A stretch of 64,000 bases of DNA from Fidelibacterota bacterium (GCA_002712165.1 PASS01000080.1:27022-91021), one strand, 5' to 3'. Positions 9,490 through 19,216 are shown, numbered from the stretch's first letter. Translations and numbers: made by a program. The notes: generated by a model not told the origin, from the sequence alone.

Positions 9490-11220
9490 ATGGCTGATGG
9501 AAAAGCGGTTAATACAGATAGCCGATCGACGGGTCTTGAGCGGCTGATCGAGATCGGTTTGGCACTTTCGGCCGAACGCAACCATGATCGTCTGACAGAA
9601 CGCATTCTTCTTGAAGCGATGGATATTAGCAACGCTGATGGGGGTACCCTTTATCTCCGTACGGAAGACGATGCGCTAAAATTTGTCATCATGCGCACTA
9701 GCTCCCTAAAGATTGCCATGGGCGGAACAACCGGTGTGCCAATCCCTTTTCCACCTGTTCAGATGTACAATACAGAAACAGGCCAACCTAATTTTAATAA
9801 CGTATCAGCAGCGGCAGCGCTTAGTAAGAAAACTGTCAATATTCCTGATGCTTATGAAGCTGAGGGGTACGATTTTTCTGGAACTAAAAAATTCGATAAA
9901 GGTACGGGATACCGGTCTAAATCATTTCTTTGCATTCCGTTGCTCAACTATTCAGATGAAGTAATCGGCGTACTACAGTTGATTAATGCCAAAACTCATA
10001 CTGGCGAAGTTTCATCTTTTACAGCGGAAGTTCAGCGCATGATTGGTGCCCTTGCTTCTCAAGCTGCGGTAGCCATCGATAATCAAAAATTGATCGAGGC
10101 CCAGAAGGCTTTGATGGACAGTTTAATTAAGGTTATGGCCCATGCCATTGATGCCAAGTCACCCTACACAGGTGGGCACTGCCAGCGTGTACCAGAACTC
10201 ACTAAAATGCTGGCTTCCAAAGCTAGTGATGCCAAAGAGGGGCCATTGGCTGATTTTGAGCTTGATGATCAGCAATCTTATGAATTACACGTGGCAGCAT
10301 GGCTGCATGATATGGGCAAAGTAACTACACCAGAGTTCGTGGTCGATAAGGCTACTAAACTCCAGACCATATATGATCGCGTTCATGAAGTGCGCATGCG
10401 CTTTGAGGTGCTACGCCGCGATGCCGAGATAAAAATGCTGAAAGCTATCGCTAGAGGAAAGAGCGCGCGGGTAGAGCGTAAAAAATTCCGTGATCGCTGT
10501 CAGGAACTAAAAGAACATTGGTCATTTGTAGCCGCCTGCAATATTGGCGGAGAGTTTATGTCCCCAGAAGAGCAAGACCGCGTCCGCTCGCTTAGTAAGC
10601 AAAAATGGTATCGACATTTTGACCGTAAGTTGGGTTTGTCATGGACGGAAGTTAAGTCTTTGGAAAAGCAACCCCCACCTGAAGAGGGTTGGGAGTATCT
10701 TCTCTCGGATCTGCCGGAGCACTCTGAAGCAGAGTATAATCTTGGCGAAGTCACAAATATGTGTATTGAAAAAGGAACGCTCAATGATGATGAGCGCCGT
10801 AAAATCAATGATCACATTGTACTGACTATCGAGATGTTAAATGAATTGCCGTTTCCTAAACACTTGAAGAGAGTTCCTGAATTTGCTGGTGGTCATCATG
10901 AAAAAATCGATGGAACAGGATACCCTAACCAACTAAAGGGAGAGGACATGTCATGGCCGGCTAAAATGATGGCCATAGCCGACATTTTCGAGGCGCTGAC
11001 GGCTGCCGATAGACCTTATAAGAAAGCCAAGATGCTCTCAGAAAGTGTGAAAATTTTGTGGTCTATGAAGAAAGACAAGCACGTGGACCCGGATTTGTTT
11101 AATTTGTTCTTGGTATCCGGTACATACAAGGACTATGCAGACCAGTTCTTGCGACCGGAACAAATTGATGATGTGGACATCTCAAAGTATTTGGATCAAC
11201 CACAGCGGGCGGCAGAATAA
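9490..11220 (+). CDS. GAF domain / HD-GYP domain phosphohydrolase (probable c-di-GMP phosphodiesterase) with a large insertion
   Basis: N-terminal GAF-like region (DGGTLYL...GVLQLINA), HDMGK at aa 273-277, GGHHEKIDGTGYP at aa 467-479, and ADIFEALTAADRPYKKA. Confidence 0.85.
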   Translation: MADGKAVNTDSRSTGLERLIEIGLALSAERNHDRLTERILLEAMDISNADGGTLYLRTEDDALKFVIMRTSSLKIAMGGTTGVPIPFPPVQMYNTETGQPNFNNVSAAAALSKKTVNIPDAYEAEGYDFSGTKKFDKGTGYRSKSFLCIPLLNYSDEVIGVLQLINAKTHTGEVSSFTAEVQRMIGALASQAAVAIDNQKLIEAQKALMDSLIKVMAHAIDAKSPYTGGHCQRVPELTKMLASKASDAKEGPLADFELDDQQSYELHVAAWLHDMGKVTTPEFVVDKATKLQTIYDRVHEVRMRFEVLRRDAEIKMLKAIARGKSARVERKKFRDRCQELKEHWSFVAACNIGGEFMSPEEQDRVRSLSKQKWYRHFDRKLGLSWTEVKSLEKQPPPEEGWEYLLSDLPEHSEAEYNLGEVTNMCIEKGTLNDDERRKINDHIVLTIEMLNELPFPKHLKRVPEFAGGHHEKIDGTGYPNQLKGEDMSWPAKMMAIADIFEALTAADRPYKKAKMLSESVKILWSMKKDKHVDPDLFNLFLVSGTYKDYADQFLRPEQIDDVDISKYLDQPQRAAE

Positions 11221-11260
11221 ATTTTGCGGCCAATGTTGTGTGAATAGGGGTAGCGTTCAT

Positions 11261-12175
11261 CTAAAAGCGTATCAATAGAACTGCGGTTAATACAAGCAGG
11301 CCAAAGTCTCGATTGGATTTAAAACGTCGTAAACAATTACTATGGTCGTTGATATCGAGCGTGATTACTTGCCAGGCGAGATGGATTGCAGCGAATCCGA
11401 GTAATATCGCTGTGGGATAGCTAAAGGGAAAGGGAATCAAATTAGCAGCGGCAATCAAGGCAATGCTGATAGTGTAAACAAAGGCGACAAAGGGTTTAGT
11501 GTGAGTGCCCAACGCAAGAGCAACGGATTTTACACCTGCCAGTAAATCGCCTTCTTTGTCTTGATGAGCATAGATAGCGTCATACCCAAGCGTCCAAAAA
11601 AAACCACCAACATAAAGAAGAAGAGCGGTGTCATTGAGCGTGCCGTAGACCCCCGTCCATCCCATTAGAGCGCCCCAGTTGAATGTGAGACCAAGCCATG
11701 CCTGAGGCCAATAAGTGATGCGCTTCATGAACGGGTAGATTGCGACAAGCCCAAGAGAGCTGATACCAAGACCGATGGTCAGTGCGTTGAATTGTAAAAG
11801 CACAAGAAGACCGATGATGAGCTGACCCGCTAGAAAGACTGTGGCGGCTAATATGGAAATTTGTCCTGAGGGTAAGGGACGTGTAGAAGTACGTTCAACT
11901 TTGGCGTCGATGTCTCGGTCTACGATGTCATTGTAGGTACAACCAGCCCCCCGCATGACAATCGCGCCTAACAAAAAAAGCCCGGCTACGTAGGGGTCGG
12001 GCATGCCTACGGAGGCTAGAGATAAACTCCACCAGCACGGTAATAGAAGCAGCCATATGCCTATAGGACGGTCCAAGCGCATAAGACGGGCATAGGGCTG
12101 TGCAGCAGACGGAAGTATAAAGTCAACCCAGCCTTGGCGGGGAATATCTGTTCTGGGGGTTTGGTGCTCACTCAT
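11261..12175 (-). CDS. ubiA: 4-hydroxybenzoate polyprenyltransferase
   Basis: Polytopic membrane protein with the UbiA motif NDIVDRDIDAKVERTSTRPLPSG. Confidence 0.9.
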   Translation of the reverse strand: MSEHQTPRTDIPRQGWVDFILPSAAQPYARLMRLDRPIGIWLLLLPCWWSLSLASVGMPDPYVAGLFLLGAIVMRGAGCTYNDIVDRDIDAKVERTSTRPLPSGQISILAATVFLAGQLIIGLLVLLQFNALTIGLGISSLGLVAIYPFMKRITYWPQAWLGLTFNWGALMGWTGVYGTLNDTALLLYVGGFFWTLGYDAIYAHQDKEGDLLAGVKSVALALGTHTKPFVAFVYTISIALIAAANLIPFPFSYPTAILLGFAAIHLAWQVITLDINDHSNCLRRFKSNRDFGLLVLTAVLLIRF

Positions 12176-12242
12176 GGGCAGCTACAATAAGGAGAAATTT
12201 GATAGCACTCAATGTGGCGCTCCTAACATCAAGTGGTCTGTA

Positions 12243-12998
12243 ATGTCGAAAACCAAAGCTCGAATCCGCCTTTTTGTTAATGACTCTTTAGCGGAGGGAT
12301 CCTGTCTGACTGCCTCAAATGCCCAAGCACACTATCTTTTGCATGTCATGCGCTGCAAGCCCGGTCAGCGTGTGGCTCTCTTTAACGGTCGTGAAGGAGA
12401 GTGGTGGGCTAAAGTTATTTTTCAGACTAAGCGCGATGTTCAGTATCATGTGGAAAAGCAGAGCCAGGTGCAAGATTCTACTCCTGCTCTTTGGTTGGCT
12501 TTTGCGCCAGTTAAGCGTATGGATTTTATTGCTGAAAAAGCTTCCGAACTCGGGGTTACCGCTCTCCTTCCAGTTATTACGCAGCGCACGGATATAAAGC
12601 GGATTAATACAGGGCGTCTCCAATTGCATGCGATAGAAGCGGCAGAGCAGTGCTCTCGGCTTTCAGTGCCGCAGGTACGTTCCCCGGAGTCATTTGATAA
12701 GTTTATTGCTTCGTGGCCTAAAGGCTATCGATTATATTTTTTGGATGAATCCGGTGGTGGCTTGCCCATTGCAAAGGCTTTAATGGCCGCACGCCAGGAG
12801 CCTTGTGGGTTTATGACTGGTCCCGAAGGAGGATTTGTGCAATCCGAACTTGACGTGTTGCGCCAACTACCCTTTTCTAGGGCTATTGGTCTTGGTCCAC
12901 GACTTTTACGGGCCGAGACTGCGGCGATTGCTGCGTTGGCGTGTTGGCAGGCGCTGCTAGGGGACTGGGTGTCCGAGGTCGGTCGTGTGAGCCGATAA
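12243..12998 (+). CDS. rsmE: 16S rRNA (uracil1498-N3)-methyltransferase
   Basis: RsmE-type SPOUT protein: RLFVND...H.L.VMR, and C-terminal GPEGGF..SE...LGPRLLRAETA. ATG 12243 is preferred over the track start at 12174. Confidence 0.85.
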   Translation: MSKTKARIRLFVNDSLAEGSCLTASNAQAHYLLHVMRCKPGQRVALFNGREGEWWAKVIFQTKRDVQYHVEKQSQVQDSTPALWLAFAPVKRMDFIAEKASELGVTALLPVITQRTDIKRINTGRLQLHAIEAAEQCSRLSVPQVRSPESFDKFIASWPKGYRLYFLDESGGGLPIAKALMAARQEPCGFMTGPEGGFVQSELDVLRQLPFSRAIGLGPRLLRAETAAIAALACWQALLGDWVSEVGRVSR

Positions 12999-13115
12999 AT
13001 GGAACTCAATAGATAATTTCAGCCAGGGGCCCTGGTATAACGAGTCTGTCATGACGTCTTATCATCATCCGGCCTCTTTCGTCTGTGGGCTGCTGTTCCA
13101 ATTTGAGGCCTACTT

Positions 13116-14486
13116 TTGACCATGAAGCCATTCAGATCTGACAAGGCTGACCTAGTCACGTCCAAGGCCCAGCTTGTGGCTACCTTAGAGTCTGGGTGTA
13201 AGCCCAAGGACTTGTGGCGTATTGGAACTGAGCACGAAAAATTTCCTTATGACAAAGTAGATTTTAAGCCCCTATCTTACGAAGGTGCCGCAGGCATTCG
13301 TGCCTTTCTGGAAGGTATGCAGCGTTTTGGCTGGGAGCCAGTGACCGAGGGAGACAATTTGATTGCACTTAAGCAGGCCGATAAGGGATCCATAACCTTA
13401 GAACCCGGTGGCCAAGTGGAGTTGTCTGGGGCACCACTGGAAGACGTGCATCAGACCTGTAATGAAGTTATGGAGCACTTAAGCCAAGTAAAAGATGTAA
13501 GCGATGACCTAGGAATTGGCATGTTGGGCTTAGGTTTTACTCCCGACTGGCGGCAAGAGGATATCCATTGGATGCCAAAGGGTCGATATAAAATTATGCG
13601 CAACTACATGCCCAAGGTTGGAGACATGGGCATCGATATGATGACACGCACCTGTACGGTTCAGGTGAATTTGGATTATGCTTCTGAGGCCGATATGGTG
13701 AAGAAGCTGCGGGTTTCACTCGCGCTACAACCGGTTGCAACTGCTCTCTGGGCAAACTCACCATTTACGGAGGGCAAGCCCAATGGATTTCTAAGTCACC
13801 GGGCGAATACATGGCTGCACACGGATGCTGATCGCACCGGCCAATTACCATTTGTTTTTGAGGACGGCATGGGCTTTGAGAGGTACGTGGATTACCTTCT
13901 CGATGTACCCATGTATTTTGTTTATCGGAATGGCTATATGGATGTCTCTGGCCAATCCTTCCGTAAATATATGGATGGCACTATGCCGGCCCTTCCGGGT
14001 GAAGTGCCGACGATTGCTGATTGGTTTGATCACATGTCAACTGCGTTTCCCGAGGTGCGAATCAAGAACTACATTGAACTGCGTGGAGCTGACGCTGGCC
14101 CTTGGGGCCGACTATGTGGATTGCCCGCATTTTGGGCTGGTCTGCTCTACGACACCGAGGTTCTCGATGGTGCATGGGATCTGGTGAAGGGCTGGACTGT
14201 CGAGGACCGAGAACAACTTTATCGCGATGTTCCATCGGAGGCCCTTGAGGCGAGAATCAAAGGGCGCAGTATTCAAGAAGTAGCTAAGGTGGTGTTAGAC
14301 CTATCTGAGGCTGGCTTAAAAAAACGTGCGCGGCTTGATAAAGAGGGTAATGATGAAACAGGATTCCTAAGGCCGTTAAAAAGGATTGCAGATACGGGTG
14401 TTACACCTGCAGAGCGTATGTTGGATCTATTTCACGGCCCTTGGGATGGTGATGTGTCTAATTCGTATATAGAATTCAGTTATTAG
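13116..14486 (+). CDS. gshA: glutamate--cysteine ligase, plant/alphaproteobacterial type (GCS2)
   Basis: 456 aa with RIGTEHEKF and TLEPGGQVELSG motifs characteristic of GCS2-type GshA. Starts at TTG 13116 or ATG 13122. Confidence 0.9.
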   Translation: MTMKPFRSDKADLVTSKAQLVATLESGCKPKDLWRIGTEHEKFPYDKVDFKPLSYEGAAGIRAFLEGMQRFGWEPVTEGDNLIALKQADKGSITLEPGGQVELSGAPLEDVHQTCNEVMEHLSQVKDVSDDLGIGMLGLGFTPDWRQEDIHWMPKGRYKIMRNYMPKVGDMGIDMMTRTCTVQVNLDYASEADMVKKLRVSLALQPVATALWANSPFTEGKPNGFLSHRANTWLHTDADRTGQLPFVFEDGMGFERYVDYLLDVPMYFVYRNGYMDVSGQSFRKYMDGTMPALPGEVPTIADWFDHMSTAFPEVRIKNYIELRGADAGPWGRLCGLPAFWAGLLYDTEVLDGAWDLVKGWTVEDREQLYRDVPSEALEARIKGRSIQEVAKVVLDLSEAGLKKRARLDKEGNDETGFLRPLKRIADTGVTPAERMLDLFHGPWDGDVSNSYIEFSY

Positions 14487-14497
14487 AGGGATTGAGA

Positions 14498-14899
14498 GTG
14501 GCGAAAGTAAAGGCCAAGAAAGCGGCAAACAAAGCGCCGCCCAAAAAAGCTTTGCCGAATAAAGCGGTGATTAAAACTCGCAAAACATTGGATTCAAAGC
14601 AGTCGCCACGTAATTTTAAGACCTTGGCGGAGGTCCGAAGGGAGATTGATAGGCTGGATGATGTTATCGTGCCATTGATATGCCAGCGTTACCACGCAGT
14701 TACGCAGGCCGCTCAGTTTAAGCCCTCTGTTAAAGGCGTAGTCGTTAAATCACGAGTAGAAGAAATCGTATCTAGAGTTCGGAGAATGGCGAAGAGTTTT
14801 AGTGCGAACCCCGACGCAATAGAGACTGTTTATCGTTCAATGATAAATGTGTACACAAAAGATGAGCAGCGCAATTGGCGCAAAATTCATAAGCGGTGA
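14498..14899 (+). CDS. AroQ-class chorismate mutase / isochorismate-pyruvate-lyase-like protein with a Lys/Ala-rich N-terminal tail
   Basis: LAEVRREIDRLDDVIVPLICQRYHAVTQAAQFK resembles an AroQ helix-1. GTG 14498 lies about 7 nt after AGAGGGA. The first ~40 aa are AKKAANKAPPKKA-type. Confidence 0.65.
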   Translation: MAKVKAKKAANKAPPKKALPNKAVIKTRKTLDSKQSPRNFKTLAEVRREIDRLDDVIVPLICQRYHAVTQAAQFKPSVKGVVVKSRVEEIVSRVRRMAKSFSANPDAIETVYRSMINVYTKDEQRNWRKIHKR

Positions 14900-14940
14900 G
14901 GTTAGGGCGATCGCGCAGATTGCGGACCGCCCCAACTGTA

Positions 14941-15348
14941 TTAAAAAACGCCTAGCTCCATTACAATGCCTACCAACCCGCCGATTAAGAGTATGGCAGT
15001 GGCGAGGAATGAAATTCCAAACCCAACTTCACGCTTTTCAGGCGCCTTAGAATAGCCTACTGCGTAAAGAATTCGGCCAATAGGCCAAAATGCGCCGACT
15101 ATTGCCGCTGGAAGGTCGCCCCAAGCCATGGCGAAGATGGCAAGCGCGGGAACAAACATGACTATTTGTTCAAGAGTGTTCATTTGAGTTCGGAAAACAC
15201 GCTGAAATTCTGGTGGGCCGTCTGTCGCTGGGGCTTGCACATCGTATTTTCCACGCGCTGCTCCGACTCGCATGGTTACCCACGCATAGACGAACAAAGC
15301 GAGCGCCAACACCAAGACGGTGAAAGGATAGTTACTAAGCATAGGCAT
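14941..15348 (-). CDS. MAPEG-family membrane protein (microsomal GST-like)
   Basis: 135 aa with 4 predicted TM helices and a MAPEG-like R..Q.N.LE motif (FRTQMNTLEQ). Confidence 0.7.
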   Translation of the reverse strand: MPMLSNYPFTVLVLALALFVYAWVTMRVGAARGKYDVQAPATDGPPEFQRVFRTQMNTLEQIVMFVPALAIFAMAWGDLPAAIVGAFWPIGRILYAVGYSKAPEKREVGFGISFLATAILLIGGLVGIVMELGVF

Positions 15349-15633
15349 TCTCCCTAAAATAAACCTTATAAGATCCCGTTGGCCGAAGCATTTAGCTAAT
15401 CATAGCATAGCATAGCGCATTCGACTGGCTCGACGTCTAAGATTATCGCCTTCAGCTGGGGTAAAAAAAATCCAGTAGAAGCGAGATTTTTCTTGATTTT
15501 CGGTGTAATTGGCTTAAACGCGACACTAGACGTACGCGCACGTGCCTAAAGCGACTCGCCGTTAAGCAACGACGTAAGCGTCCTTTCGTTGGTTGGACCT
15601 CTTATTTGTCTAATTAATAAAAGGAGGCCGTGC

Positions 15634-16950
15634 ATGCCCCTTCTACAGAAGGCACTAGGTTATGTGCCACCCGGTACTGTGTTTCATACGGTGGACGAGG
15701 TCGCAAAACGTTTGAGGCCTGATGTCCCGGTTCAATGCGTTTTTCCCGAATTCGTCCGCGGACAGGCGCAGAAATTCACCAGCCAGTTTCCGGGTCGCGT
15801 CCTTTATGCTGTTAAGTGTAATCCAGGGTCTGAATTCCTGTGCCACATGTACGATGCCGGAGTTCGCCATTTTGACGTTGCATCTTTGGATGAAGTACGG
15901 TTGGTCCGTAGTCTATTCAAGACAGCGCAGTTGCACTTTATGCATCCCGTCAAATCCCGGGAGGCAATTCGGCTTGCTTATAAGATGGGCGTACGGACAT
16001 TCTCATTAGACACTGCGGCTGAGCTAATTAAGATTTTGGAAGAAACCAAATCTGCTAAGGACCTAAGCCTCTTTGTGCGATTGGCTGTCTCAGGTAATTC
16101 CGCTGCATACGACCTATCAGGTAAATTTGGAGCGGCCCCTTCATCGGCTGCAAACTTGTTGCGCCATGCTCAAAAAGTGGCACACAAGGTTGGAGTTTGT
16201 TTTCACGTAGGTTCGCAATGCATGGATCCGGCGGCCTACCGGGCTGCCATAGAGCGTGCTTCGGCTGTTGTAATGAAAGCCAAAGTCAAAATTGATATTC
16301 TCGATATTGGCGGAGGTTTTCCTGCGACTTATCCGGGTATGAAGCCTGCGCCCCTGGAATCTTACATGAATGTGTTGGTTGACGCTGCCAAGCCATTTAC
16401 AAGGCAGGGTGTCGAATTGTGGTGCGAGCCTGGCCGGGCTATGGTTGCTGCTGGGGCATCAATGTTGGTTCGCGTGAACTTGCGCAAGGGTCGCCGCCTT
16501 TTCATCAATGACGGAACATACGGTAGCTTGTTCGATGCTGGTACCCTCAATTGGCGTTACCCAGTGAGGCTAGTGCGTCCATTGATAAAAGTCGGCAAAA
16601 ATTCAAAAGACCCTAATAGTCGATTGCCATCGGAGAAGATGGTGCAATTTAGCTTTTATGGTCCAACGTGTGATAATTTGGACAAGATGAAAGGCCCCTT
16701 TTTACTGCCTGAGGATACGCAAGAGGGAGACTGGGTGGAGATCGGTATGATGGGTGCTTATGGTGCGGCTATGAAAACGCATTTCAATGGTTTTTATGCA
16801 TCTTTGGCAGCAACCGTTTGGCCCGAAGCACCGCCATTTATTTTTGACCGTGCGTCGCGCCATCGGTCACCGGCATTGAAGAAAGACGCTGCTGTGGCTC
16901 CAAAGCTGAGCTCTGAGTCCTCTCCAGTTGCAGTAAAGTCAGCACGATAA
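15634..16950 (+). CDS. ornithine/lysine decarboxylase (type III PLP-dependent, alanine-racemase fold)
   Basis: YAVKCNP (PLP lysine), GGGFP and CEPGR motifs. AGGAGG lies 7 nt before ATG 15634. Confidence 0.85.
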   Translation: MPLLQKALGYVPPGTVFHTVDEVAKRLRPDVPVQCVFPEFVRGQAQKFTSQFPGRVLYAVKCNPGSEFLCHMYDAGVRHFDVASLDEVRLVRSLFKTAQLHFMHPVKSREAIRLAYKMGVRTFSLDTAAELIKILEETKSAKDLSLFVRLAVSGNSAAYDLSGKFGAAPSSAANLLRHAQKVAHKVGVCFHVGSQCMDPAAYRAAIERASAVVMKAKVKIDILDIGGGFPATYPGMKPAPLESYMNVLVDAAKPFTRQGVELWCEPGRAMVAAGASMLVRVNLRKGRRLFINDGTYGSLFDAGTLNWRYPVRLVRPLIKVGKNSKDPNSRLPSEKMVQFSFYGPTCDNLDKMKGPFLLPEDTQEGDWVEIGMMGAYGAAMKTHFNGFYASLAATVWPEAPPFIFDRASRHRSPALKKDAAVAPKLSSESSPVAVKSAR

Positions 16951-17034
16951 ATATACAGCCGTTTCTTTTCGTATTGGGGCGCCGTCGCGACCCAAGGCTG
17001 CTTTCCAACCTTTACTAGAATCGGACTTCGACCC

Positions 17035-18138
17035 ATGGCACCGTCCAAGAAACGTTCACAAAAAGCCAAGACTAAAAGTTTAAAATCCTCCACCGGCAAA
17101 ACAGCTAAGTCGAAAACCAATAAGAAAGCCTTACTGCTATCTACACCAGTCGAGCACATTGATATTACATCGTTTGATGCCCGGCCGATAATTGATCGCA
17201 TGGGAAAAATGTCGTTCACTTCGCGAGATACGGCCCGAGCGGCTAAGATTTTCAATCAGATGATGGGAGACCCCAAGTGCTCTATTATATTGACGCTTGC
17301 TGGATCTACTTCAGCGGGCGGGTGCATGCAAGTGTATGCTGACATGGTAAGATTCGGCATGGTTGATGCGATTGTGTCAACTGGGGCTTCTATCGTTGAT
17401 ATGGATTTTTTTGAGGCCTTGGGGTTTAGGCATTACCAGGGCTCACAATATAATGATGATAAAGACCTTCGCACACTTTACATCGATAGAATCTATGACA
17501 CTTATATCGATGAGGAAGAGCTTCAATTGTGCGACAAAATCATTGGAGAAATTGCTGACGGTATGGCGCCAGGACCTTATTCGTCTCGTGCCTTCATAAA
17601 CGAAATGGGAAGGTGGCTGAAAAGCCGCAAAGGTCGTAAAAAAAATTCATTGGTCGAGCTGGCCTACGATCACGATGTACCGATTTTTTGCCCGGCGTTC
17701 ACGGACTCGTCGGCTGGGTTTGGTCTTGTTATGCACCAGGTTCGGAATCCGAATAACCACCTAACTATCGATTCTATTGCTGATTTTCGTGAGTTGACAG
17801 AAGTTAAGGTTAAAGCTGGAACCACTGGCTTAATAATGATCGGAGGTGGGGTACCAAAAAACTTTGCTCAGGATACGGTTGTTTGCGCCGAGGTTTTGGG
17901 CCTCAGGGCAGAAATGCATAAGTACGCCGTACAAATAACGGTGGCCGATGTCCGAGATGGCGCTTGCTCCTCCTCAACCCTTAAAGAAGCTAATTCCTGG
18001 GGCAAAGTTGATGCGTCCTACGAGCAGATGGTTTTTGCAGAAGCTTCAAGCATCATGCCCCTAATTGTATCTGCGGCTTACCATGGGGGCCGTTGGAAAA
18101 AACGCCGGGCCCGAAAGCTTGCTAAGATTTTTAAATAA
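17035..18138 (+). CDS. deoxyhypusine-synthase-like protein (probable homospermidine synthase)
   Basis: DHS-family sequence (LAGSTSAGG, IGGGVPKNF) directly downstream of the ODC gene. Carries a Lys-rich 40-aa N-terminal tail. Confidence 0.8.
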   Translation: MAPSKKRSQKAKTKSLKSSTGKTAKSKTNKKALLLSTPVEHIDITSFDARPIIDRMGKMSFTSRDTARAAKIFNQMMGDPKCSIILTLAGSTSAGGCMQVYADMVRFGMVDAIVSTGASIVDMDFFEALGFRHYQGSQYNDDKDLRTLYIDRIYDTYIDEEELQLCDKIIGEIADGMAPGPYSSRAFINEMGRWLKSRKGRKKNSLVELAYDHDVPIFCPAFTDSSAGFGLVMHQVRNPNNHLTIDSIADFRELTEVKVKAGTTGLIMIGGGVPKNFAQDTVVCAEVLGLRAEMHKYAVQITVADVRDGACSSSTLKEANSWGKVDASYEQMVFAEASSIMPLIVSAAYHGGRWKKRRARKLAKIFK

Positions 18139-18247
18139 TTACCTGCTAAATTGTTTTATCAATTGACTTAGTGATTCCCTGGAAAAATTTAGCGACTCAG
18201 CTATTCTCCACTTCTTTCGTTTTGTACCGCTTTTTTGGGATAATTAG

Positions 18248-19216
18248 ATGAACTACCGCAAAGTTTGTGTTGTTGGGCCCGGGGCTATTGGCGGCATGAT
18301 GGCGGTCATGTTGGAGCGCGCTGGATTTGAGGTTAGCGCTCTGGCCAGGCCAAAAAAAGCCAGCGCTATAAACTCTCGTGGCATTACGCTGTTGTATAAA
18401 GGCGAGACTCTAAATGCGAGGCCCAAGGCGTCTTCGGATCCAGCCGAGCTTGGTCTGCAGGACCTTGTTATCGTTACTCTCAAGAGCAATGCGCTTGTTT
18501 CGGTTGCTCCGCATCTTAAACCGCTGTGTAAGGTAGATACTCCTTTGGTCATGGCCATGAACGGTGTGCCATGGTGGTTCTTTGATGACTTTGGCGGAAA
18601 TTTATCGGGTACTCCATTGAATTCGGTAGACCCAGACGGCGTGCTATCTCAGTTGATTCCTCGTGAGCAATTAATTTGGGCTGTGATTACTTGTAGTGTT
18701 TCAGACTTGCAGGATGGAACATTAGAACATACCCATGGCCAAGGCCTAACTCTAGGTAGACCTACAGATCATCCTGCTGGTGTGGAGGTGGTGGCGGATG
18801 TTTTGCGTCAGGCTAACTACAAATGCGCTATCAGTGGAAGTATTCGTCAAGACATATGGTCGAAACTCCTTGCTAACGTATCCTTAAATCCTATTAGTGC
18901 ACTAGGAATGGCGATGTGCAATGAAGTGCTTGAAGATCCTCTAGTACGTGAGTGTGTTAAAGCTGTGGCGGAGGAAGCCCAGGCAGTGGCAAATTGCCTA
19001 GGACTTGATTCGGATCTAAGTATTATCGATCGCATGCGTGACGCCAGAGTGAAAACATCCATGCTTCAGGACCTCGAAAGGGGCCGCCCATTGGAACTTG
19101 GTAGTATTATCGAGGCTGTAGTGGAGATTGCAGAGCATACGAATGTGCCTGTACCTCAATTGCGGGCGATATTGGGTTTGATGAGATTACGAGCTAAAAC
19201 CGCAGGCCTCACCTAA
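18248..19216 (+). CDS. panE: 2-dehydropantoate 2-reductase family protein
   Basis: VVGPGAIGG Rossmann motif and SMLQDLERGRPLELGSI typical of the ApbA/PanE family. Confidence 0.8.
   Translation: MNYRKVCVVGPGAIGGMMAVMLERAGFEVSALARPKKASAINSRGITLLYKGETLNARPKASSDPAELGLQDLVIVTLKSNALVSVAPHLKPLCKVDTPLVMAMNGVPWWFFDDFGGNLSGTPLNSVDPDGVLSQLIPREQLIWAVITCSVSDLQDGTLEHTHGQGLTLGRPTDHPAGVEVVADVLRQANYKCAISGSIRQDIWSKLLANVSLNPISALGMAMCNEVLEDPLVRECVKAVAEEAQAVANCLGLDSDLSIIDRMRDARVKTSMLQDLERGRPLELGSIIEAVVEIAEHTNVPVPQLRAILGLMRLRAKTAGLT

Noticed and set aside
15401-15415. The (CATAG)x3 microrepeat, considered as a possible CRISPR or repeat array.
   Set aside because: It has only three 5-nt units, with no spacers and no cas genes. 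It is too short to be anything other than a microsatellite.
16794-17255. A 153-aa minus-strand ORF spanning the ODC / DHS-like junction. Similar long antisense ORFs occur at 925..1272, 25190..25675, 27051..27563, 43133..43513, 47194..47613, 49900..50343 and 54377..54778.
   Set aside because: All of them lie antisense to, or out of frame within, genes with strong family signatures. Their translations are Arg/Ser/Pro-rich and low in complexity, as is typical of shadow ORFs.
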